The translations under genes were made by a program, and so were the position numbers. From the NCBI GenBank assembly GCA_028826165.1, contig JAPDFW010000073.1:124001-188000 (forward strand): 64,000 nucleotides of DNA, in the 5' to 3' direction. Below, piece by piece: positions 37,896 through 49,459 of this stretch. The notes beneath the pieces were generated by a model that was not told the DNA's origin, did not search any database, and saw nothing but the letters and a program-made list of their open reading frames with translations. Numbering within the stretch: the first letter of the stretch is position 1; each line of letters starts with the position of its first letter. This DNA comes from Anaeramoeba ignava BMAN. Lineage: Eukaryota > Protista > Anaeramoebae.

Positions 37896-40800
37896 ATGAT
37901 TTCACAATTTGTTATTTTATCACCAAGAGGAAATAATTTAATTCTTAGAAACTGTAAAAACATTAATTAAATTAATTAAAAAATAAAAAATTAAAAAAAT
38001 AAAATAATTTTCTTCTTTTTTTTTTCTTTTCAAATTACAAAAAAAAAACATATTATAATTAATTTAAAGTTCGAAATGATATTAAAGAAGATACATCAGA
38101 TATTATTTTTAGGAAATTGAACTTTGAAAAGATTTCAGATTTTCCACCAGTTTTTGTAAAAAATAAATTCAAAATTCAATTTAAAAAATAATTTTTTAAT
38201 TTTTTTAATTTTTAAATAAATAAAAAAAGCATGAAAATGGAATTAATTATGCTTTTATTAAATATTCAGAGTTGATTTTCTTTGTTACTTCAAGATTCAA
38301 TATTTCTTCTTCTTTTTTATTTGATTTTTTAGATTCCATTTTAACTTCAATTAAAGATTTTTGTGGAGTTTTTAATGAACAAACAGTTATTGATAATTTT
38401 GGATTAATTTACGAATTAGTTGATGAAATGATTGTAAATTTTAAATACAATTTTAATTTTAATTTAAATTTTAATTTTATAAATGAATTTTAATTTTATG
38501 AATGAATTTTAATTTTATAAATGAATTTTAATTTATAAATGAATTTTGATTTATAAATGAATTTTAATTTTATAAATGAATTTTAATTTTATAAATGAAT
38601 TTAATTTTAATTTTAATTTTAATTTTAATTTTAATTTTAATTTATAAATGAATTTTAATTTTATAAATGAATTTTAATTTAAATTTTAATTTTAATTTTA
38701 TAAATGAATTTTAATTTTAATTTTAATTTTAATTTTAATTTTAATTCTAATTTTAATTTTAATTTTAATTTTAATTTTAATTTTAATTTATAAATGAATT
38801 TTTAATTTAAATTTTAATTTTTTTTATAAATGAATTTTAATTTTATAAATGAATTTTAATTTTAATTTTAATTTTAATTTTAATTTTAATTTTAATTTAT
38901 AAATGAATTTCAATTTTATAAATGAATTTTAATTTATAAATGAATTTTAATTTTATAAATGAATTTTAATTTTAATTTTAATTTATAAATGAATTTTAAT
39001 TTTAATTTTAATTTATAAATGAATTTTAATTTAAATTTAATTTTAATTTTATAAATGAATTTTAATTTATAAATGAATTTTAATTTTATAAATGAATTTT
39101 AATTTATAAATGAATTTTAATTTTATAAATGAATTTTAATATTTATTTATTGATAATAAGGATTATGGAGCTCCACAGCTTACAGAAACTAAAAATTTGA
39201 AGAAATTTATTTTTAATGAAACTAAACTTGATGCACAAGAATTAAAGAATTTAAAATCAAACAAAAAAGCAAAAAAAAAATCAAAGAAAAGTATTTCAAG
39301 TGATGCAAAGAAAACACCAATTAGTGGAGTTTTTGCTGGAGGAGGTTTTCAAACAGTAGAAGAAATTTATATTGATATTATTGAAAAATTACATGTTGAA
39401 TTTTCTAATAATGTAAATTTTCTTTTTCAAATTATTTTCCATTTTTTTTTTCTTCTTCAATATTTTTAATTTCTTTTTAATTTCTTTTTAAATTATAGGG
39501 TTCTCTTATTTCTTCTCAATGTAATGGTTTAGTTATGATCAAAAATTTTCTTTCTGGAAATCCTATTCTTGAAATTGGTTTAAATGAAAATATCAAAATT
39601 GGATCACCAAAAGATTTTCGTATGCAAAATTCATTTATAAATTAAATTTAAAATTTATTTCAAAATTCAAAATTAAATTTGAAATTCAATTCAAAATTAA
39701 ATTCAAAATTAAATTCAAAATTTATTTCAAAATTCAATTCAAAATTAAATTCAAAATTTATTTCAAAATTTATTTCAAAATTAAATTCAAAATTAATTTA
39801 AAAATTAAATTCAAAATTAAATTAAAAATTAAATTCAAAATTTATTTAAAAATTAAATTAAAAATTAAATTCAAAATTAAATTCAAAATTAAATTCAAAA
39901 TTAAATTCAAAATTAAATTCAAAATTAAATTCAAAATTAAATTCAAAATTAAATTAAAAATTAAATTCAAAATTAAATTCAAAATTAAATTAAAAATTCA
40001 TTTCAAAATTAAATTCAAAATTAAATTCAAAATTAAATTAAAAATTCATTTCAAAATTAAATTAAAAATTCATTTAAAAATTAAATTCAAAATTTATTTC
40101 AAAATTAAATTCAAAATTAAATTCAAAATTAAATTCAAAATTAAATTAAAAATTCATTTCAAAATTAATTTAAAATTAAATTAAAAATTAATTTCAAAAT
40201 TAATTTAAAATTAAATTTAAAATTAAATTAAAAATTAAATTCAAAATTAAATTCAAAATTCATTTCAAAATTAAATTAAAAATTAAATTCAAAATTAAAT
40301 TCAAAATTAAATTCAAAATTTATTTAAAAATTAAATTCAAAATTAATTTCAAAATTAAATTCAAAATTAAATTCAAAATTAAATTCAAAATTAATTTCAA
40401 AATTAATTTAAAATTAAATTTAAAATTAAATTTTCAAAATTAAATTAAAAATTAAATTCAAAATTAAATTCAAAATTAAATTCAAAATTAAATTAAAAAT
40501 TAAATTCAAAATTAAATTCAAAATTAAATTAAAAATTAAATTCAAAATTAAATTCAAAATTAATTTAAAAATTCATTTAAAAATTCATTTCAAAATTCAT
40601 TTAAAAATTAAATTCAAAATTTATTTCAAAATTAAATTCAAAATTAAATTCAAAATTAAATTCATTTCAAAATTAAATTCATTTCAAAATTAAATTCAAA
40701 ATTAAATTCAAAATTAAATTAAAAATTAAATTCAAAATTAAATTCAAAATTAAATTCAAAATTAAATTAAAAATTAAATTCAAAATTAATTTAAAATTAA

Positions 40801-41916
40801 ATTCAAAATTAAATTCAAAATTAAATTCAAAATTAAATTAAAAATTCATTTCAAAATTAAATTAAAAATTTATTTCAAAATTAAATTTAAAATTTATTTC
40901 AAAATTTATTTCAAAATTCATTTCAAAAGTCAATTCAAAATTAAATTCAAAATTAAATTCAAAATTCATTTCAAAATTTATTTAAAAATTAAATTCAAAA
41001 TTAAATTCAAAATTAAATTCAAAATTTATTTCAAAATTAAATTCAAAATTCATTTCAAAATTAAATTCAAAATTAAATTCAAAATTAAATTCAAAATTTA
41101 TTTAAAAATTCATTTAAAAATTCATTTCAAAATTAAATTCAAAATTTATTTCAAAATTAATTTAAAAATTTATTTCAAAATTTATTTCAAAATTCATTTC
41201 AAAATTTATTTAAAAATTAAATTTGAAAAATAGAATATTTCCAAGGAATTTTTCTTGAAGATGTTCTTTTTTATCATAAATGCGATTCAAGCAAATTTGA
41301 AGAAAGTGGAGTATTACAAATAATACCACCAGAAGGAGAATTTATATTAATGAAATATCGAGTTTCAGAAACATCAATGAATTTACCATTTCAAATAGCA
41401 ACAAATTTTGAAGAATTTGGACAAAATAAACTAGAAATTCGAGTAACAATAACATCAGATTTTGAGAAGGCAATGTGGGCAAGCAATGTTCAAATTTCAT
41501 TTCTTGTTCCAGAAATTTCCCTTGACGTGAAATGTGAACTTGAAGGAAATGATATAACTCAAACTGCAAAATTTCAGAAACAAGACCATCTTGTTGTTTG
41601 GAAACTTCCACGTTTTAATGGAGAAAGAGAAGAGTCAGTTCGTGTCACTTTAACTCTTCCGTTACAAAAGAAAAATTACCCAAAACAAATTAATGCTTTT
41701 CAAGAAACAATTAGTACAAATACTCAATTGACTTCTGCTAATACTCTTCAATTAATTAAAGGGAAAATTGGTCCGATTTGTTTGTCTTTTGATTTTCCTG
41801 ATTATTCCGTTTTGAAAATGAAAACTTTGAAAACTACTGACCAAAACAGAAGTTATGTTCCAACTCGTTGGATTAGAGAATTTTCTAAATCTGATTCTTA
41901 TTTTTCTTGGGTTTGA
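37896..41916 (+). CDS. AP4M1: AP-4 adaptor complex mu subunit; exons 37896-37953, 38070-38155, 38230-38433, 39161-39412, 39499-39619, 41234-41916
   Basis: MISQFVILSPRG, DNFGLIYELVDEMI|DYG, EEIYIDIIEKLHVEFSNN|GSLISS...FLSGNPILEIGLNE, PPEGEFILMKYR, RWIRE. All five introns are GT-AG and preserve the frame. Confidence 0.85.
38445..39140. repeat. Intronic satellite (aatttt / ttataaatgaatttt units) filling AP-4 mu intron 3
   Basis: Lies inside intron 38434-39160 (727 nt). Confidence 0.9.
39635..41222. repeat. Intronic 12-bp satellite (ttcaaaattaaa)n filling AP-4 mu intron 5
   Basis: Lies inside intron 39620-41233 (1,614 nt). Confidence 0.95.
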
Positions 41917-42115
41917 TTTTTCTCTTTTTAAAAATTCTTCAACTTTCTTCTTTTCTTTTAATTTTTCAACTTCTAATTAATTTCTCTTTTTAAAAATTCT
42001 TCAAAAAGGAATAAAATAAAAAAAACGAAAAAATTATTTGCTTTTTTATTTTATTCCCTTTTAAAAAATCTGGAAATTTTTTTTAATTTTTTTTAATTTT
42101 TTTTAAATTGTAATT

Positions 42116-44630
42116 TTATTTGCGTTTAGTATATTTTTTTCTTTGTGGTTTTCTTGGTCTATTTTTTGGATTTCGAAATCTTGATTCAACAACTGGTTTT
42201 GTAATTTCTTCAGTTGGAATTAAACCTTGAGTTTCTCTTGATTCTTTCTTTTTCCTTTGTTTTCTGAAAGAGGAACGTTGATATTTTGGAAGCCATCTTT
42301 CAGGATCAGGAGTAGTATTAGGATCATAATTTTTAGGAAGACGTTTTCCTCTTTTTCTTCCTTTTTTTGGTTTATTCATTTTGGCTTCTTTTGCTGCGTT
42401 TTCTTGTTGATTTTTCATTGTTTGAAGTTTTTCTTTTAAAACTGATAAATCAGGAGTTGGTAAATTAACAAGTTTTTGAACATCGAAATCTTTTGTGAGT
42501 TCAGGAAGTTGTTTTTCAAAAATTGGGATGTATTTATGGAATTGTTTGAAGTCAAAATCCTCTGTTTCTGCTGCTGCTGAGATGAGATGAGAAATTACGA
42601 CTAAATCATCAGGATCAAATTGAATTAATTGTTCGAAAATTTTGACAGCTTGTGATGTGTTTCCAATTTTGAGAAGGAAATTTCCTGAAACGTTAAGAAT
42701 TTTTTTGAAATATTCTCTGATGATTTTGACGTCTTTTTGTTCCAAATTTGTAGGAAAAACTTGTGTTGTTGAAATTTGTTTAATTTCTTTTTCTTTTTCA
42801 TTTTCATTTGAATTTTCATTTTCATTTTCTTTTTGTTTTTCGTTTGAATTTTCTTGATTTTTATAATTTTGAATTAAATCAGCAATTAAGTTATGATAAT
42901 AATGAATTGTTTTTTGGATCAAATCTTTTGCTGAAGAATCGTCTTTCATTTGATGCAATATTGAGAGTAAAATTGAAAATGTTGCAGGAAAATTTTGGAT
43001 TTCTTGGATTGAGGTGAGAATTTCAAAAGCTTTTTTAAGATTTCTTTTCAAAATATGAAGATGAACTTGAGTCAAACGAATAGAAAGAGTTTGATTTTTA
43101 TGATTTTGAAGAATTTCGAGTGATTCATTCAATTTGTTTTGATGTGTTTTCAAGGCTGCAAATAAAAGAGGAATTAAATCACTTTGTGGGAATTCTTTTT
43201 GCAAATCTTGAATTCCTTCTTCAAATTTTTCAAGCTTGTTCATAAATAAAAGGATTAAACATCGATTGAATTTCATGAATTCTTTCTGTTTGGGAAGTAA
43301 TTTCTGTTGGATTTCTTTATCTTCAATATCCTTTGTTTTTTTCAATGAAGTGAATATTTCTTGATCTGATTTTATCACTGCAAGATTATTTGATGCAAGT
43401 GTGTGCATTAATGATTTTTCTGTTTTGTTTTGTAAAGAGAGATTGTAAAATTTTTCTGCTTGATTGAATTTATTTTGAATTTGGAAAAGATATCCTTTTT
43501 GTGTATTAATTTGTGCAAGATCAAGAGTGATATCATCATCTAAATCTTTACATAGTTCTAAATTATTTTTATTTTTATAAATGAATTTTCAAAATAAATT
43601 TTCAAAATGAATTTTAATTTTGATTTTATAAATGAATTTTGATTTTAATTTTATAAATGATTTTAATTTTAATTTTAATTTTAATTTTAATTTTAATTTT
43701 AATTTTAATTTTAATTTTAATTTTAATTTTAATTTTAATTTTAATTTTAATTTTAATTTTAATTTTAATTTTATAAATGAATTTTAATTTTAATTTTAAT
43801 TTTACTTTCTGAAAATTCAAGTAATTCTAAAGATCCAACTAAATCTCCTCTAAATAACTTTAAATAAGAAAGATTATAAAATAATTCAAAAACTTGTTTT
43901 TCTTTAACAAATTTTTCAGATAAAATTTCTTTGACTTGATTTGAATTTTCTAATAAAAGAGTTGCTTCACAAGCAGCTAAATTAGTTAAAGTTTCTGGAG
44001 AATTATCATCACGTTTATCTATTAATAAAAAATAAATATCTCTTGCTTTTTGAAATAGGCCTGATTTATAAAGCTAAATAGATTAAAAATTTTTTTTCAA
44101 TTTAAAAATTTTTTTTCAATTTAAAAATTTTTTTTCAATTTAAAAATTTTTTTTCAATTTAAAAATTTTTTTTTTTCAATTTAAAAATTTTTTTTTTCAG
44201 TTAAAATTTTTTCCTTTTTTAAATACCATTTGTGCTTGAAGATGTAAAAGATCATTTGTTAAATCTTTTTCTTTTTCTAAAATTTCTAATCCTTTTTCTA
44301 TTAAATTCTCTTTATAAAGGCAATAAACATAAAGAAATTTCATTTGATTTTGAATTTTTTCATTTTTTTCAAAAAATTCAACACATTCTTTAAATTTTGA
44401 TAAATAAATCATTGAGACAATTTTGCATTGAATTGCTTCTTCTTCCTTTTCGTTATTTTTAAGGACTTTAAAAAAATAATATAGAAAAAAAAAACATTTT
44501 TAATTATAAATTTTTTTTTGTTTTTTTTTATTTTTTTTTTACTTTGATCACAAATTGAAATTGCTTGTTCGAATTCTTCAGATTGAATTTTTTTATTAAG
44601 TTGAGAATAAAGGTCTTGAACTTTTGACAT
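42116..44630 (-). CDS. SRP72: Signal recognition particle subunit SRP72 (multi-exon)
   Basis: C-terminal RNA-binding motif RKRGKRLPKNYDPNTTPDPERWLPKYQRS; TPR-like N-terminal exons (YCLYK...LHLQAQM; LASNNL). Confidence 0.9.
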
Positions 44631-44730
44631 TTTTTTTTAGAAAAAAAAAGAAAAAAATGAAAAATGAAAAATTTGAAAAAATTATTTTTGAATTTATTTT
44701 ATTCCACTTTTTTTATTTAAATTTCTTTGA

Positions 44731-45600
44731 ATTTGATTATAAATTTGATTATAAATTTAAATATAAATTTAATTAATTTAATTATAAATTTAATTATAAA
44801 TTTAATTATTAAATTTGATTATAAATTTAATTATTAATTTGATTATAAATTTAATTATAAATTTAATTATAAATTTAATTATAAATTTAATTATAAATTT
44901 AATTATAAATTTAATTATAAATTTAATTATAAATTTGATTATAAATTTAATTATAAATTTAATTATAAATTTAATTATAAATTTAATTATAAATTTAATT
45001 ATAAATTTAATTATAAATTTAATTATAAATTTAATTATAAATTTAATTATAAATTTGATTATAAATTTAATTATAAATTTAATTATAAATTTGATTATAA
45101 ATATAATTATAAAATTAATTATAAATTTAATTATAAATTTGATTATTAATTTAATTATAAATTCATTTATAAATTTAATTATAAATTTGATTATAAATTT
45201 AATTATAAATTTAATTATAAATTTAATTATAAATTTAATTATAAATTCAATTATAAATTTAATTATAAATTTAATTATAAATTTAATTATAAATTTAATT
45301 ATAAATTTAATTATAAATTTAATTATAAATTTAATTATAAATTTAATTATAAATTTAATTATAAATTTAATTATAAATTTAATTATAAAATTTAATTATA
45401 AATTTAATTATAAAATTGATTATTAATTTAATTATTAATTTAATTATAAATTTAATTATAAATTTAATTATAAATTCAATTATAAATTCAATTATAAATT
45501 TAATTATAAATTCAATTATAAATTCAATTATAAATTTAATTATAAATTCAATTATAAATTCAATTATAAATTCAATTATAAATTTAATTATAAATTCATT
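44731..45600. repeat. Intergenic 12-bp satellite (ttataaatttaa)n
   Basis: About 70 tandem units; this is the source of the spurious IINL ORFs. Confidence 0.95.
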
Positions 45601-45737
45601 TCTAAATTCATTTTGAAAATTGTTGAAAGTTGTTTAAAATTTTGAAAGTTGTTTAAAATTGTTGAAAATTGTTTTGAAAGTTGTTTAAAATTTTAAAATT
45701 GTGAAAGTTGTTTAAAATTGTTAAAGCTTAAAATTCC

Positions 45738-46793
45738 TCAAATATCAATTAATTCTTCCATTCTTAAAAAATTATGTAAATCTTTTGCTAGATCCTCTTC
45801 AAAAATAAAAAAATGAATATCTTGTAAAGATTCAGAATTATTAACTTGACCACCAAAAACAATCCATTTATCAAAATACCTAGCACAAGAAGCACCATAA
45901 CGTTTTGGAGGCTTTTTAGTTTTACTTTGTAATTTTCTCCACTCTTTTGTTTCAAGATCCAAAACATAATTTGAATTAGACCAAGTCTTTTTGGAATTAT
46001 AACCAGAAAAAAGAACAAAATAACGGTCGTGAAAAATTTCTGCCAGAATTCCACTTCCAACTGGCAAATTAGGAACTGTTTCATTTTGTTGAATTTCGAC
46101 CCAATAATTGTTGAAAAAATCAAAATACCAAAGATCATTTCTTCTGATGATATTCTTGCCCAATCCTCCAAAAATATACATCTTGTCATTATGAAGAAGT
46201 GAAGAATGAGAAGATCTTGCAAACGGAATTTTTCCTTTTGGTTTAATTTCTTCCCATTCATTTGATTCGATGTCAAACGACCAGAGATCATTGAATCTTC
46301 TCTGGTTTGAAGGAACTCCACCGAAAATATAGAACTTTTTCTTATAAGGAATCATTGAAAAAGAATATCTTCCTTCGGGAAGACTTGAGCTAGTTGATTG
46401 AGATTTAGACCAATTATCATTTTGAGTATCAAAAATATAAACTTCTTGAAACCAAGTGATTTCATCATATCCTCCCCAAACATAGATATTATTATGGATC
46501 GCACACATTGAATGTCCACATCGATCTTCTGGTTGTTTTCCGTTGGTGTTGATTTTTTCCCATTCATATGTTCTTAAACAAAAAGAATAAATATCTGGAT
46601 TAAGTGTTTCGTTTTGATAATTTTTTCCTCCATAAAGATATATTTTGTCTTGATGTTGAATGCAAGTAAATCCTGCTTTTGCTACTTGAACTACTTCATT
46701 TTTGGGATGTAATTCAACCCATTTTCCTACTTTGAAAGTATCCATTCTATTTTTCTTTGGAACAGAAATTTTTTCATAAAATAAATCATTCAT
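45738..46793 (-). CDS. Kelch-repeat beta-propeller protein
   Basis: Six Kelch motifs (IYLYGG, IYVWGG, FYIFGG, MYIFGG, VLFSG, IVFGG; R..HS; W). Ends EEDLAKDLHNFLRMEELIDI*. Confidence 0.9.
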   Translation of the reverse strand: MNDLFYEKISVPKKNRMDTFKVGKWVELHPKNEVVQVAKAGFTCIQHQDKIYLYGGKNYQNETLNPDIYSFCLRTYEWEKINTNGKQPEDRCGHSMCAIHNNIYVWGGYDEITWFQEVYIFDTQNDNWSKSQSTSSSLPEGRYSFSMIPYKKKFYIFGGVPSNQRRFNDLWSFDIESNEWEEIKPKGKIPFARSSHSSLLHNDKMYIFGGLGKNIIRRNDLWYFDFFNNYWVEIQQNETVPNLPVGSGILAEIFHDRYFVLFSGYNSKKTWSNSNYVLDLETKEWRKLQSKTKKPPKRYGASCARYFDKWIVFGGQVNNSESLQDIHFFIFEEDLAKDLHNFLRMEELIDI

Positions 46794-46863
46794 TGTATTT
46801 TAAAAAAAGAAAAAGAAAAAAAATGAAAAAAAAAATAAATTTAATTTCCGTTTTTTTTTTTAT

Positions 46864-47529
46864 TTAAATTTTTTCTTCAATATTCAAAGAAATTTCACTT
46901 CGGAATTGATCTAAATATTGTTTCATAAACTGGATTCTTTTTTCTGCAATTTCTTTTGCTTTTTCAGTATGAAGAGTATCTTTAAGTTTAAATAATTTTG
47001 TATAAAAATGATCAACAGTGTAATTTTTATCATCAAGTGATCTTCCGTTTTCACAAAAAGGATCTTGATCGTGATAAAAACTTGATTTCCTTTCTCCACA
47101 AATAGCAAAAACCCTTGCAATTCCTGAAGCTCCTAAAGCATCAATTCGATCAGAATCTTGTAAAATTTTGCCTTCCAAAGTTTGGGGAATTTTGCCAACT
47201 GAAAAAGAATGATTTACAATAGAATCTTTGATTTTTTTAATTTGATCCAAATTGAGAAATTGGGAATAATTTTCTAAAATTGTTTTTGCTTTTTTGAAAC
47301 TAATTTTTGGTTTTGATTCTTTTATCACTTTTTCACAAATATCATGCAATAAACTTGATGCAATAAGAACAATTTCATCAATTTCTCCATTTTCTTTACT
47401 AATTTCTAAAGCAACTGAAAGAACTCTTTTAGAATGACTTAAATCATGTGCTGAATCGTTTTGTTTAAGTTGATTTGAAACTAATGAAACTAATGAATTA
47501 TAAACTAATTTGAAAAATATTTTAATCAT
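46864..47529 (-). CDS. HD-domain metal-dependent phosphohydrolase, YedJ-like
   Basis: AHDLSHSKRV, LLHDI, HSFS, LQDSDRIDALGASGIARVF, DPFC...LDDKNYTVDHFYTKL; intronless. Confidence 0.9.
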   Translation of the reverse strand: MIKIFFKLVYNSLVSLVSNQLKQNDSAHDLSHSKRVLSVALEISKENGEIDEIVLIASSLLHDICEKVIKESKPKISFKKAKTILENYSQFLNLDQIKKIKDSIVNHSFSVGKIPQTLEGKILQDSDRIDALGASGIARVFAICGERKSSFYHDQDPFCENGRSLDDKNYTVDHFYTKLFKLKDTLHTEKAKEIAEKRIQFMKQYLDQFRSEISLNIEEKI

Positions 47530-47671
47530 TTTTAAATTGAAAAATTTATTAATTCAATTAAATACATTCTTTTGCATTCATTTTATTTTGATTTGTTTTA
47601 AAAAAATGATTTCTAAAAAAATTTTTTTTTCTTTTTCATTTTTATTTTTTTTCTTTCATTTAAAAAATAAA

Positions 47672-49415
47672 ATGAATGCGATAAATGATTTTTGGATTTG
47701 GGGAAAGAAAATTCTTTTAAATGATGTAAATGATTTCTCAACTAATCAAAAATCAACAGAAGCAAATCCAATGCAATTTATACCTCGAGAAAAAAAAGAA
47801 CAAATTAAACAAATTTCATCAACTAAATCGAGAACAATTTTCCTTTACAAAAATGGAAAAGCAATAGGTTATTTAAATGGAACGAACCAATTTTTCAAAG
47901 AAACTAGATTTCCCAAGATAAAAAAAATATCTTTTAGTGATTCACATGAAGGGATTTTAACGGAAGAGAAAATATTTTTTGCAAAAGGAAGAAGATCAAG
48001 AAATTATCATTTATATGATTTTACAAATTTTTCTGAATTCATTGAAGATCCAAATGATAGAATAATTGAAGATATTGTTTCTGGACTGGATGCTATTTAT
48101 TGCTTAACTTCAAATGGAAATGCTTATGGATTTGGTTCTAATTATAGATCCCAACTTGGAATTACTAGAAAAAAACTACCAGAATTAAATCAACCAATTT
48201 TAATGATGAAAAATGTTTCTAAAATTTTTACAGGAGATAATTCAAAATATGTTTTTCTTTTGAATTCAAATCAAGAATTATTTGGATGTGGTGAGAATAA
48301 ATATGGTCAACTTGGATTGGGTTTTGAAAAAGAGTTTATTCCATTGACTCAAAATAAAAAAATTCCAAAAGGCAAAATAATTGATATTAAAACAGGAAAA
48401 GTTCATTCAGTAATGCTAATTCAAGATTATGATCAAAATCAAAATCCAAAAAGAAAACTTTATTCATGTGGGCATTTCCAAGTTAACGGACTTGGGAAAA
48501 AAATAATGCATGCATCCTTATTTACTGAAATCAAATCATCTTTATTTGAAAAAGATAATATTATTGAAATTTCTGTTGGAAACAATCATACTTTGATTTT
48601 AACTTCTAAAGGGAAATTATTAGGATTTGGTGGAAATAACTTGGGTCAATTAGGAAATGAAAATATGAAAAATGTTCCTGTTCCTATTCAAATTGAACTT
48701 CCTAAATTAAGATTTAATGAAGATATTTCTAATTATCATATTTATTGTTCAGGTTTTACTTCCTTTCTTTATTTTTCCTTTAATTCAAGTCTCAATGAAG
48801 ATTTGCTAAAACTATTTCAAAGAAAAGAATTTTGTGATATTTCATTTAAAACAGAAAATGGAGAAATAATCGAAGCTCATAAATTAATATTGAAATATAG
48901 ATTAAATCAAATTGAAAAACTTCAAGAAATTATTTCAAATAAAATCAACAAAAGAATCGAATCAAATATTTGAAATGATTTATTCAGACAATTCCAAAAT
49001 AAATCCAAAATTATATTATGAAATTAAAGAAATTATAAATTCAAATGAAAGAATTGAAGAAACAATGAAAAGAATTTATTTAAATGAAAATGAAAAAGAT
49101 TTTACAATTGAAAGGGCATCAAAATCATTCAATTTTCACAAATTAATATTAATAATGAGAAGTGAATTATATCGAGGAATGTTTTTATCTGTAACAAATG
49201 ATACTTCAAATAAAGTTACAGATTATAGTGAATTAAGTGATGAATCATTTGAAATTTTAGAATATTGGATTTATACAAATAAAATTAAAAAAGGAATTAA
49301 AATTACACAAAAAATACTTGATGAAATTGAAAGAGGAATGGATTATTTTCAATTAAATGAAAGTAAAAACAATATATTATTAATGGTTACTGAACAATTT
49401 AAAAATCAAAATTAA
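47672..49415 (+). CDS. Divergent RCC1-BTB paralogue (frameshift ~48940)
   Basis: ATG at 47672 (MNAINDFWIWG), RCC1 motifs, BTB tail HKLILIMRSELYRGMF. Confidence 0.85.
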
Positions 49416-49459
49416 AAATAAAATCCAAAAATCATTTTTTCATTTTTTTCTTTTCAAAA

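Noticed and set aside
44815-45616. ORFs of repeated IINL
   Set aside because: Translation of a stop-free 12-bp satellite. The same applies to the KIKI/NFNF ORFs at 43626-43820, 51189-51410 and 61484-61825.
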